Source: Azolla caroliniana
Lineage: Eukaryota; Plantae; Polypodiophyta
Assembly (NCBI GenBank): GCA_043228905.1
Contig: JBHGNT010000014.1
Location: forward strand, 8,184,001-8,248,000
Length of the DNA stretch: 64,000 nt
Reading direction: 5' to 3'
Positions 23,731 to 34,154 of the stretch are shown here, piece by piece; the first letter of the stretch is position 1; each line of letters begins with the position of its first letter. The notes beneath the pieces are model-generated. The model saw nothing but the letters and a program-made list of their open reading frames with translations, did not search any database and had not been told where the DNA came from. A program made the translations under genes and the position numbers.

Positions 23731-24720
23731 ACCCTAGGGTTTCGTATCTTAGGGCATGTTTGATTCCATACACCTAATTGTTGATTATTCTAATTAAATC
23801 TTAATTTCATAAGTATTGTTTCACTTATATGATTTTCTAGTAATTATTATTTACCCGCCCACAATTAACTCTCCTTTTTCCACTTCCTTTTCATGTATAA
23901 AGTATTTACATCGTTTAATTTTAATGTAACCTTTACGTGTAGACTATTTTTTTCGTATGGAGTGGCTTGTTGAACAAATTTTTTTTCAACGGGTCATCTA
24001 GGTTTAACTCTTATCATCAAGCCTTAGAAAACGAGTAAAACCATATGAGTTCCCTTATTGATGTTTTACTCATGGATTTGAGTATTACATCTTTGCGCAC
24101 AACACCGTCATCACTTGTATCAATTTGTGGCTTATGTCACAATTGTGCAAGTTATAACAATCATATTGGGATGTATATGTGCATACCTTGCACTTCCCAT
24201 TTATTTGTGACATTGTTTTTTTCGTAGGTAACACATGGGTTCTTTTTTTTTTACCCTTGTTTTCGTCACTACTTAACTCTTATGAGTAGTGCCTTATTTT
24301 ATCATTTTATCATCACGTTTGCTTATTGCTCGCAAGACTAGAATATTACTTGTGAGTGCACTTGTTTTTTCACGTAATACACTTTCTCGACCATATAATA
24401 CATGATGGGTTGGCATTAATATAAGGCTATCTAGGAAATTTCATTGATGTAAGAACCATGGTTGAGCCTCGGGGAGCCGCCATGATTATTCAAGATAGAG
24501 ATCCGAGAAATACATCTTAGCTATGTTTTCCCCCATGGTTTTTAAAACACCATAGTGTTACCATAGTTATCGGATCTCGAATCACATCTCATATGTCTAG
24601 AGGGGTAAAGACATGAGATACTTTCTTGGATAAAGTTCTTTCAATCAAAATTTCAAGCATTCATTTTGCTTGTGTATTTTCTGAACCTCCTTATTTTATT
24701 GCATACCCACAGCGTGCATC

Positions 24721-27700
24721 ATGGAACAAGTTTTGAACGCAGTTGGAACGATCTCTCCAAATGAGACCTCTCAACCCCAATCCGCATCTCGCACACAAGC
24801 TGAGATCACTATTGAGCAATTGCTCACTACTACCTTGAATCAATTGGCTGAAATGAGACAAGCCAATATGGCATTGGAAAAGAAATTCCAAGAATTAACT
24901 ATTGAGTCCAAGAAAGAAGGTGAACCTTCCTTCGTAGTCACGCCTTTCAAGGGAGATAAGAAAGAAAGAACCGAGGAGGCCATTAGCACTTGGCTTGGTC
25001 GTTGGGAGTCTCACTTTGAGCTTCATCCCAAGCCCGATGCAGTAAAAATTGGTTATGTCGGTCGTGAGTTAGGTGGCCGAGCTGCTGCTTGGTGGCGTGG
25101 CCTAAGGACCGCAAAAAACTTACCCACAACTTGGGAAGGTTTCGTTGATGTTTTTAAGAAACAATTCTTGCAGCCACCTTCTCAAACCGAACAAGCGCAA
25201 CACTTGCTCACATTGTCTAGTAAGCCATTTACCTCTCTCGAGGATTATGTGCATCACGCTCAGACCCAGATCCAAAAATCGGGACTTACGGGTGAGAAAT
25301 GGTTTGTCGCTTGTTTTTTGAATGGTATTCCCAATGGGGATTATCATTGGATTGTCCATGACAAGGACCCCACAACTTTCGAGGAAGCCGTCAACATTGT
25401 GTTGCGATACCATAGGACTTCCAAGAAAGACCACAATAAACCTGAGTTCGCCAAAACTCCGAATGTCAAGTTCATTGGGAAACGTAAGCAATCCAGTGAC
25501 ACTCTTGACCGCGACTCAAAGAAACCGAACCTCTTCTATGCATATTGCAAGAAGCGGGGCCACACAAAGGATACCTGTCGTTGTCTTGAGAGGAAGTCAA
25601 TGAACACCCCTCCTCAAGACAAATCTACGAGTCACACAGGTGAGTCTTTTGATATTGTTGAAGTTCATACCAATCACTTAAGTTTATATGAATGCACTTT
25701 TCCTTCACATTTACTTGGACCTAATGATTTACTCCGAGCAGTCGGATATATCAATGGAACACAAGCACATTTCTTGTTTGATTCCGGTAGTTCTCACAAT
25801 TTTCTTAATGATCACTTTGTGCAGCAAATGGAGCTCCACATAAACGCAAGTGATCATATCTATCAAGTTCACATGGCAAATGGAAACGTTCAATACATCA
25901 GTGGCATTGTTTGTCAACTGCCAATTCAAATAGATACTTATTTGGAGAAGCTTGACTTTCATGTTATGAAATTACAATCCGCAGATGTCATTTTAGGATA
26001 TCCTTGGTTTTTTAATAAAAACCCTTCTTTGTCCATTGATTGGGTTAATCACTCAATCACATTTGAACTTAATAATTGTAAACATTTTATTCAATGTTCC
26101 AAACTTCCTTCTCATTCACTTGTGTCTTCTAAATCTTTAAGTGAGTATTCTAGTTCATTAATTTATTCGTGTGTAATTGATCCTGCGGTTCAATTTTATT
26201 ATTTTAATATTGACGCCACACAATTACCACATTTTGAGCAACGATTACTCGACTCTATTTTAGAGGATTTTCAAGATGTGTTTCCTACTGAATTACCGCT
26301 TACTTTACCACCTAAACGTAATGTGGACCATCAAATTGAACTCATCCCTGGGGCTGCTCCTGTGAGCATTCCACCTTACCGACTTAGTCGATTAGAAGAG
26401 GATGAGATCGCTAAACAACTTAAGGAATACTTGAGTATGGGCCACATTAGGTATAGTAAATCACCTTGGGGTGCGCCAGTTCTATTAGTCAAGAAGAAGG
26501 AAGGTTCGTGGCGAATGTGTATCAATTATCGCCGTTTGAATAAAATGACAATTAAGAATGCATATCCATTACCTCGTGCCGATGATTTGATTGATCGTTT
26601 GCACGGGGCTCGATATTTTACGAAAATTGACTTACAAACTGGTTATCATCAGATTCGCATCGCCGAGGATGATATTCCTAAAACCGCTTTTCGTACGCGC
26701 TATGGCCATTATGAGTTTTTAGCCATGCCGTTTGGGTTGACTAATGCTCCAGCCACATTCCAACAAGCGATGAATGATGTTTTCCGAGATCAACTCGGTG
26801 ATTTTGTTGTCGTCTTCTTGGATGATATTTTGATATATAGCCGTACCTTGCAAGATCATGTTCAACATGTTCGATTTGTTTTGCGAAAGTTGCGTGACAA
26901 CTCTTTCTATGCAAAACATTCAAAATGTGACTTCTTCCAAAAATCTATTGTGTACCTAGGTCATTTAATTACAGAAAATGGCGTTGAAATTGAACCTTCT
27001 CGTATTGAAAAGGTTAAACTTTGGCCCATTCCTCGTAATATTCGTGAACTTAGATCATTCTTAGGGTTTGTTGGATTTTTACGAAAATCAATTCGTAACT
27101 ATTCCAAATTGACTACGCCATTAACTGACCTTTTAAAAGGTCATCCACGTAAGTCTGTCAAACCAATTTCATGGAATGAACAACTTGACAAATCATTTGA
27201 GACACTCAAGGAGCATGTGTGTCAGGCTCTCACTCTTCTATTACCAGACCCTTCTAAGCCTTTCTCAATTGAAACCGATGTTAGTGATTATGCTATTGGT
27301 GCCGTTCTTTATCAAGGTGGTCACCCTATTGCTTTTGAAAGTAAGAAGCTTGATGCTGCTCAATCTCGGTATTCGGTTCAAGAGAAAGAGTTGTTTGCGG
27401 TGATACACGCACTTAAAACATGGAGGCACTATCTCTATGGAAATAAATTTGTGGTTACAACAGACCATCAATCATTAAAGTATTTTTGTGACCAGCCCGA
27501 TCTTGTTGGTCGTAAAGGCCGTTGGGCTGACCTTATGCAAGATTTTGATTTTTCCATACGATATCGCAAGGGTTCTATGAACACCGTTGCTGATGCTCTT
27601 AGTCGCATTAAAGAAGTTAACATGCTTAGCTTCACGGAAATAAAATATGATCTTTTAGATCACCTTCGAGGGAAATACCTTGATGACAGTTATTTCTCAA

Positions 27701-29124
27701 AATACTGGATGAAAGCCGAATCTGGTTTAGATGCCGATACTAGCACCCTACCCTCGAAGGCGACCTTTCACATTACAAACGGTTTGCTCTACCGTAGTGG
27801 AAAGGTCTGTGTTCCAGATTTACCAAATGTTAAACAGAAAATTTTTCATGAATGTCATGATGCACCATGTGCTGGTCATCTTGGAATACAACGCACACTC
27901 GTTCTCATCTCATGTGCTTTTTTCTGGCCTAAGATGCGCTCTGACGTGCATAAATACGTAACTCAATGCTTACAATGTCAGATTAATAAGTCGGAACGAC
28001 TTAAAGCTGCTGGTCTTTTACATCCCTTAGATATTCCCAACAATAAATGGGAAAGTATCTCGATGGATTTTATTGTTAGTTTACCTCGTACACAGAGGGG
28101 TCATGATGCCATATGGGTTGTCGTTGACAGGCTAACAAAATTAGCTAGATTTATTCCTACAAAAACCACGGTAACCGCTCAACAGTTGGCTTATCAATTT
28201 GTTGATGAGTTATTTCGTTTTTATGGATTACCGATGGATATTGTTAGTGATCGAGATTCCAAGTTTACTAGTGACTTTTGGACTCAAGTCTTTAAGAAAC
28301 TAGAAACTACGTTGAGCATGAGTTCCGCAGATCATCCTCAGTCTGATGGACAAACTGAACGAGTTAATCAAATTATTGAGGACATGCTTCGAGCTTATGT
28401 AGCAAAAACCCCTTCTAAGTGGGAGCAATACCTTCCTATCTTAGAATTTGCCTATAATAGCTCTAAACATACATCCACTGGATATAGTCCTTTTATGTTG
28501 ATGTATGGTTTTCAGCCACGTGCCCCAGTTGATGTCACGATTCATCGTGATACATTAGACAGTACACGCAACTTTTTGCAAGACATGAACCAAATGTTGC
28601 ATATTGCCAAAGAAAATGTCAAGACAGCTCAACATCGTGCTCGATTTTATGCTGATCAGGATAGACGTCCTCGTGCATTTACTATTGGTCAAAAAGTTTT
28701 TTTGCGTGTCCCGACTGATTCTACGTCATTATCTACGGGCAAGTGCGCTAAGTTAGCCCCACGATATTGTGGCCCATTTGAAATCCTTAAGCGAGTTGGG
28801 TCATCTGCTTATCACCTTGCCTTACCTCGTAACGTTGGTATTCATCCTGTTTTTCACGTCAATCGTCTAAAACCATTTTTAGGCTCTGGTGATAACACCA
28901 TCACAATCCAAGATCTTGTAACATTAGAGGATTTTTCTTACAAACCTCATGTTCCTGAACGAATTCTTGATTCTCGTACTAAACGTTTACGTTCTAAAGA
29001 GATTCGGCTATTCAAGATCAAATGGATGGATAAACCTATTGATGATGCCACATGGGAACGCGAGCATTCGCTTAAGGCACAATTTCCTCACTTTATATTG
29101 CAAGAGTGCAATCTTTTGAAGTAG
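24721..29124 (+). CDS. Gag-Pol polyprotein (gag, protease, RT, RNase H, integrase, chromodomain), 1467 aa
   Basis: Protease FLFDSGSSHNF; RT VVVFLDDILIYS; RNase H IETDVSDYAIGAVL; integrase HHCC plus SMDF/VSDRD/GQTERVN and YCGPF; chromodomain PERILD...IKWMDKPIDDATWE. Confidence 0.96.
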   Translation: MEQVLNAVGTISPNETSQPQSASRTQAEITIEQLLTTTLNQLAEMRQANMALEKKFQELTIESKKEGEPSFVVTPFKGDKKERTEEAISTWLGRWESHFELHPKPDAVKIGYVGRELGGRAAAWWRGLRTAKNLPTTWEGFVDVFKKQFLQPPSQTEQAQHLLTLSSKPFTSLEDYVHHAQTQIQKSGLTGEKWFVACFLNGIPNGDYHWIVHDKDPTTFEEAVNIVLRYHRTSKKDHNKPEFAKTPNVKFIGKRKQSSDTLDRDSKKPNLFYAYCKKRGHTKDTCRCLERKSMNTPPQDKSTSHTGESFDIVEVHTNHLSLYECTFPSHLLGPNDLLRAVGYINGTQAHFLFDSGSSHNFLNDHFVQQMELHINASDHIYQVHMANGNVQYISGIVCQLPIQIDTYLEKLDFHVMKLQSADVILGYPWFFNKNPSLSIDWVNHSITFELNNCKHFIQCSKLPSHSLVSSKSLSEYSSSLIYSCVIDPAVQFYYFNIDATQLPHFEQRLLDSILEDFQDVFPTELPLTLPPKRNVDHQIELIPGAAPVSIPPYRLSRLEEDEIAKQLKEYLSMGHIRYSKSPWGAPVLLVKKKEGSWRMCINYRRLNKMTIKNAYPLPRADDLIDRLHGARYFTKIDLQTGYHQIRIAEDDIPKTAFRTRYGHYEFLAMPFGLTNAPATFQQAMNDVFRDQLGDFVVVFLDDILIYSRTLQDHVQHVRFVLRKLRDNSFYAKHSKCDFFQKSIVYLGHLITENGVEIEPSRIEKVKLWPIPRNIRELRSFLGFVGFLRKSIRNYSKLTTPLTDLLKGHPRKSVKPISWNEQLDKSFETLKEHVCQALTLLLPDPSKPFSIETDVSDYAIGAVLYQGGHPIAFESKKLDAAQSRYSVQEKELFAVIHALKTWRHYLYGNKFVVTTDHQSLKYFCDQPDLVGRKGRWADLMQDFDFSIRYRKGSMNTVADALSRIKEVNMLSFTEIKYDLLDHLRGKYLDDSYFSKYWMKAESGLDADTSTLPSKATFHITNGLLYRSGKVCVPDLPNVKQKIFHECHDAPCAGHLGIQRTLVLISCAFFWPKMRSDVHKYVTQCLQCQINKSERLKAAGLLHPLDIPNNKWESISMDFIVSLPRTQRGHDAIWVVVDRLTKLARFIPTKTTVTAQQLAYQFVDELFRFYGLPMDIVSDRDSKFTSDFWTQVFKKLETTLSMSSADHPQSDGQTERVNQIIEDMLRAYVAKTPSKWEQYLPILEFAYNSSKHTSTGYSPFMLMYGFQPRAPVDVTIHRDTLDSTRNFLQDMNQMLHIAKENVKTAQHRARFYADQDRRPRAFTIGQKVFLRVPTDSTSLSTGKCAKLAPRYCGPFEILKRVGSSAYHLALPRNVGIHPVFHVNRLKPFLGSGDNTITIQDLVTLEDFSYKPHVPERILDSRTKRLRSKEIRLFKIKWMDKPIDDATWEREHSLKAQFPHFILQECNLLK

Positions 29125-29131
29125 GGGAGTA

Positions 29132-29602
29132 TGTTATGTACACATAACGTTGGTGAGGGTAGGTCACTAATATTTACATTAGTGAAGGGTATGTTCACTA
29201 TTATTAAAAAGGGGACTAATGATTGGATAGAATGAATGATATGTGCATGCACTATCATGATTTAGACAACCAATGAATAGAGAGCCTTTTAGAAAGGCAC
29301 ATCTATTCAAGGGGCCTAGGAAAAGGTATAAATATGAGGCTTAGCTACCCTCATAGGGATCACGTCGGAAGGCTGCTGTCGTAGACACCGGTGGTGCGGG
29401 CTAGGCTTTCGTCTCGACGATCGTGTTTATCTCTTCCAAGATATTAGTCATCCTAATATCCGGCGGTATGGGACGTCGGTGGTAGGTTGGCTATGTCTAG
29501 ATCATAGCTTGGGGGTGGTCGGGTGGAACGGGTTCTTCTATCCAATCTATTTTCTTCCTTTTTTCTTGATTTGGTCTATTGATTAGTAATAGACTCTTAA
29601 CA
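29132..29602 (+). repeat. 3' LTR of Gy-D
   Basis: Copy of 22494-22964, followed by the TSD GAACC. Confidence 0.97.
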
Positions 29603-29607
29603 GAACC

Positions 29608-31808
29608 GGTGACGGGTCTTTAAAGATGAAGACCGCGTCGACCGAGAAGGCCTCGACATCGGCTAATGTGAGATTATGCCGATCTACCCGCCAGAAGAAT
29701 CCTGTTGTGCGGTTCAGATACAACGAGTACATGGCGCATCATTATGCGTACATGACCCGTGTAGCAGAAGTGCGTGAGCCGGAGAGCTACGCGGAAGCGG
29801 CTAAAGACACGAATTGGCGTGCCGCGATGGAGGAAGAGATGCACGCATTGGCGGAGAATGAGACTTGGGACCTAGTTGACGCACCAAGAGGGGTAAAACC
29901 GATCTGGTGTAGGTGGATGTACAAAGTCAAGTACAACACTGATGGCTCGGTCAACCGGTACAAGGCTCGGCTAGTGGCAAAGGGCTACGCGCAGAAACAC
30001 GGCATTGACTACAATGAGACATTTGTGCCGGTCGCGAAAATGACGATCGTCTGTGTTTTGCTCGCAGTAGCCGCGGCCAAGGGGTGGCACCAACATCAAA
30101 TGGATGTAAAGAATGCATTCCTGCAAGGTGACCTTGAGGAACAAGTGTACATGGTACAGCCCCCCGGATTTCACTCCGGAACGAACTCCTCGGTAGTATG
30201 CCAACTGAAGAAGTCCCTTTACGGACTGAAGCAAGCCTCGCGTGCCTGGAACGCGAAGATCACGCAACAACTGCGTCGGATGGGCTTCGTCACATCAAAA
30301 TCGGACTCTTCCCTGTTCATCCGGAAAGGTCGACTCGGACCGGTTAGTATTCTACTATATGTCAATGACTTGGTCATCATCGGCGCCGACCTAGGTGAAA
30401 TCGACCGCGTGAAACTCCAGCTTGCGGCATCGTTCAACATGAAGGATCTGGGGGACCTTCATTACTTCCTCGGGATCGAAGTGATCCGTACCCCCGAAGG
30501 CATATTGATCAGCCAACTTCATTACGTGCTGGATATGCTCTTCAAACTCGGGATGGCCAACTGTAAGTCCGTCTCGACTCCTCTGGACAGAACCATCAAG
30601 CTTCGTCCCGATACAGGAAAGGTATGCGACCCGACGAGGTTCCGACAAATTGTCGGAAGCCTCATATACTTGACCATCACTCGACCCGACCTCAGTTATC
30701 CGGTCGGGGTGATCAGTCAGTTCATGGCGCGACCTATCGAGGAGCACCTTCAGTGTGCGCAACTAAGGACCGCGGACTGCTATATCAGACCAGTGCAGCC
30801 GTGCAGTTAGTCGGCTACACCGATGCTGATTGGGCTGGCAACGCCGCCGATCGCCGATCCACGTCTGGATACGCGTTCTCCCTCGGGAGTGCCGCGATCG
30901 CGTGGAGTAGTAAGAAGCAGCCGACAGTTGCACTGTCGAGCACCGAAGATGAGTACCGTGGCGTGGCTGTCGCGATGTGCGAAGCCATCTGGTTGAAGCG
31001 GCTACTTAAGGACCTGCAAGCGGAGGTGTCAAATCCGACGACGATCTACTGCGACAACCTCAGCAGCATCCAGCTCGCGAAGAACCCCGTTTTCCACGCA
31101 CGGACCAAGCACATTGAGGTGCACTACCATTTCGTTCGTGAGCGTGTCCTTTCCGGTGAAGTCGAACTTCAGTACGTGCCGACGGATCGGGAGATTGCCG
31201 ACATCTTCACCAAGCCTCTTGGTCTGGACAAGTTGCAGCAATTCTCAGGTGCGCTCGGATTGCGTCACCTCGACGTGCCAAACTTGAGGGGGAGAACGGA
31301 CCCGAATGACCAAGCAAGGCAGCAGGAAAGGAGCGGAGACCGCGACACCGAGTTGGTTGTCGAGTTTGACCTCGGATCGGTTGAAGAAGCCGAGGGCGGA
31401 CCCGCGGAAAAGTTCGGAAGAGGACAGAAGGGGAGCAGCCGAAGGAGAGAACCGAAGCCAACCACGCATGGGGAAGATGACGCCATCGAGGGCGAGAAGA
31501 CCGAAGACGAGTTGGAGACAGCCAACTCGGACGAGAGCGAAGAACGATCGGAGGTAGCCGAGTCAGTTCGGATGTTTGATTCAGACACGTTGAATCAACC
31601 AAGGCCCAAGCGGAAGAAAAGGTAGTAGAAGAAGTGTTGACACCGCAACAACAGAAGAGCTGATAAGGGCCACATGAGCAGACAAGTCGACCGGAAGGGT
31701 CGAAGCGCGCGGAGTCAAACAGGTCGAGGAGCGCGAGCGAGGCGTGAAGCCAGGAGGAACCGGTGCTGTGAAGATCCCGAAGAGCCTCAAGTTGAGCTTG
31801 AGGGGGAG
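29608..31808 (+). pseudogene. Co-C RT, RNase H and C-terminal extension (frameshifted near 30765)
   Basis: YKARLVAKGY, QMDVKNAFL, LLYVND(D), GYTDADWAG and ADIFTKPL motifs; ORFs 29626-30810 and 30624-31625. Confidence 0.93.
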
Positions 31809-32169
31809 AGTTGAGAGACAAGCTCAACATCGGCTGGATTGGCTGAAGAAACCGAGGACCGGATCGGTTGGGACGGATCGGTTACGCCGTTAGGAAAGAT
31901 ATTCCGTGAGGAATATATTTGGGAGTTAGTGTAGGCTCTCTTAATGAGCATTGAAGTACTGTCAGTACTTCGGTCAGTCCTTCCAGGACTTGTACAAAGT
32001 GTTCATTGCACACATAAATGTATTGTCTTGTTTTTTTCTTGAATATAAGAGTGTGTGTCTTCTCTCTGTCTCTCCCACGTATACTGCGTAAGCTCAAGCT
32101 CTCCATTAAACCTGAGTGTTCTTCCTTCTGTTCTGTTTTCATACTTGCTTCCGCACGTTACTTTTTACA
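31809..32169 (+). repeat. 3' LTR of Co-C
   Basis: Starts AGTTGAG (TG mutated), ends TTACA, then the TSD GATGT. Confidence 0.93.
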
Positions 32170-32174
32170 GATGT

Positions 32175-32835
32175 GGAATCTGATTTTGAAGCGACTGAAG
32201 AAGTCGAGGACGGATCAGACAAGAGGACAAGTGGAAGAAGAACGGCTAAGAGTAGACTAGCCAGATGCAGGGGGAGCGGCCGAAATAGAGTGTCAAAGCC
32301 AGAACTAACCAAATGAGGGGGAGGTAGAGTCGAGAGAGGAAAGGCCAAAGGTGGCAAAGCCAAGAGTGGCAAAGCTTACTTGAAGATGAAGGCAAGGACC
32401 AGGATGTGGTCAAACGTGGTCAAGGGCTTGAAGGAAGATGAATTGGAGACAACCAATTTAGAAGAAATTGGGAACGGATCCAAGATAGCCGATCCGATAG
32501 AGAGAAGTGATATGATTGAGATGGATCATAAGAAGTCAAAGCAAACAAGGATGCAGCTGAAGCAGACAATGATACAGAGGAGCCGACAAATCAAGGGACA
32601 CGAATGCCGCGAGAGCAAGGGAGCTAACAAGGGCCTTTTGAAGGACTTGTATAATAAGTGCTCTGTGAGCACAATTGTAAATACTGAGTCCTTTTTTGTA
32701 ATAGAAGTTCGGTTGTCTACTCACTCAGTCTTTCTCTCATATCATCTTTGTGTTTGTACCTCTAATTGTTAGTTTCCGGATAACCAAATGTGTACTTTGT
32801 GTTTCACATAACTCTTCCACACATATCTCTTTTCA
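32175..32835 (+). mobile_element. Remainder of Co-B: 3' extension fused to a partial LTR-like segment (~32637-32835)
   Basis: Continues the 19320-19472 frame. GGACTTGTATAA...GCTC..TGAGCAC resembles the middle of related copia LTRs. Confidence 0.6.
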
Positions 32836-33016
32836 GTCTCTATCTAACATTTGATGATCATCACATCCTACATCATCTCCTTCCATAGGGAAAAGTTCTT
32901 ATCATTGAACTTCCTAATTTCACAACCTGTATTGGATGTTGAATCCATTGTTCTTTTGGAAGGTTTATGTCAGCCTAGTCTTTTCCTTCAGATTTATTCC
33001 TCTTAGCCCCCTAAGC

Positions 33017-34154
33017 TTAGAATGCGAAGATCACGCACCGATTGTGTAAGACGGGGTTTGCGGCCTCCAATTCTGACTCTTCGTTGTTCATCCGGCAAGG
33101 TCCGGACGGTCCGATTTGCATCTTGCGGTATGTTGATGATCTAGTCATCACCGGACCCGGACTTGATGAAATCAACAAAGTCAAGTCCCAGCTGTTGGAT
33201 GTATTTGAGATGAAGGACCTAGGGGACCTTCACTATTTCCTTGGGATCGAGGTGATCCGAACCCCCAACAACATATAGCTCTCACAAAGACACTATGTGT
33301 TGAATATGCTATACAAATTCGGCATGACGGAATGCCGACCGATCTCCACACTCCTGGACCGGAACCAGAAGCTCCGTCCTGACTCCGGACCAACCTGTGA
33401 TGAGAAGCGGTTCCGACAAATCATCAGAAGCCTTATATATTTAACAATCACTTGACCCGACATCCGTTATCCGGTCGGCGTGATCAACCAATATATGCAG
33501 AAGCCAACCGTGGAGCACCATTTGTGTGCGCATCGAATTTTGCGATATGTGAGCGGCACAAAGGACTGGGGACTCTTATACATGCATGGTATAACTGAAG
33601 AGCTAGTCGGCCACACCAATGCCAACTGGGTCGGCGATGCATCAGATCGCCGATCCACCTCCGGCTATATGTTTTCCCTTGGTGGCGCGGTTGTTGCGTG
33701 TAGCAGCAAAAAGTAGCCAACAATGGCCCTTTTGAGCATTGAGGCTGAATACCGAGACGCTACCGTTGCCACCTGTGAAGCCATTTGGTTTCGGCGACTA
33801 CAACAAGACCTGCGGACCAAGGTGCCGACCCCAATCCTGATCTACTGCGACAACATAAGCAGCATGCAGCTCGCCAAGAACCCCGTATTCCATGCTCGCA
33901 CAAAGCACCTAAAAGTGCACTACCACTTCGTACGTGAGCGTGTCCTGAGCGGTGAAGTCGAACTTCGATATGTTCATATGGATCGACAAGTTGCCAACAT
34001 CTTCACCAAACCGCTCGGATCGAACAAGTTGCAGCACTTTACTGAAATGCTAGTTGCAGCACTTCACCGAAATGCTTGGTGTTCAGCATCTCGACGTGCC
34101 ATACTTGAGGGGGAGAACGGGCAAAAACACCCGAACGGGCAAAGGCAAAGAAAC
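33017..34154 (+). pseudogene. Copia RT/RNase H fragment (Co-J); continues at 39568-39790 after the Co-E insertion
   Basis: YVDDLVITG, MKDLGDLHYFLGIEV, RSTSGY and HARTKH motifs; ~25-bp local duplication at ~34028-34078. Confidence 0.88.

Larger units (their letters stand above)
22494..29602 (+). mobile_element. Young, structurally complete Ty3/gypsy chromovirus Gy-D
   Basis: 471-bp LTRs (22494-22964, 29132-29602) with 3 visible C/T differences; TSD GAACC; iMet PBS 22966-22977; PPT ~29118-29131; single long ORF. Confidence 0.97.
19473..32169 (+). mobile_element. Full-length Ty1/copia element Co-C, interrupted by gypsy Gy-D
   Basis: LTRs 19473-19832 and 31809-32169; TSD GATGT at 19468-19472 and 32170-32174; PBS TGGTATCAGAGC 19833-19844; PPT 31794-31808. 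Confidence 0.95.

Noticed and set aside
22978-24720. Extra ORF or ribozyme in the Gy-D leader
   Set aside because: Only short low-complexity ORFs are present, and I saw no hammerhead core (CTGANGA...GAAA with flanking stems) by eye.
32836-33016. Short unassigned segment as a possible host exon
   Set aside because: It has no ORF or motif support and is most likely a decayed repeat fragment.
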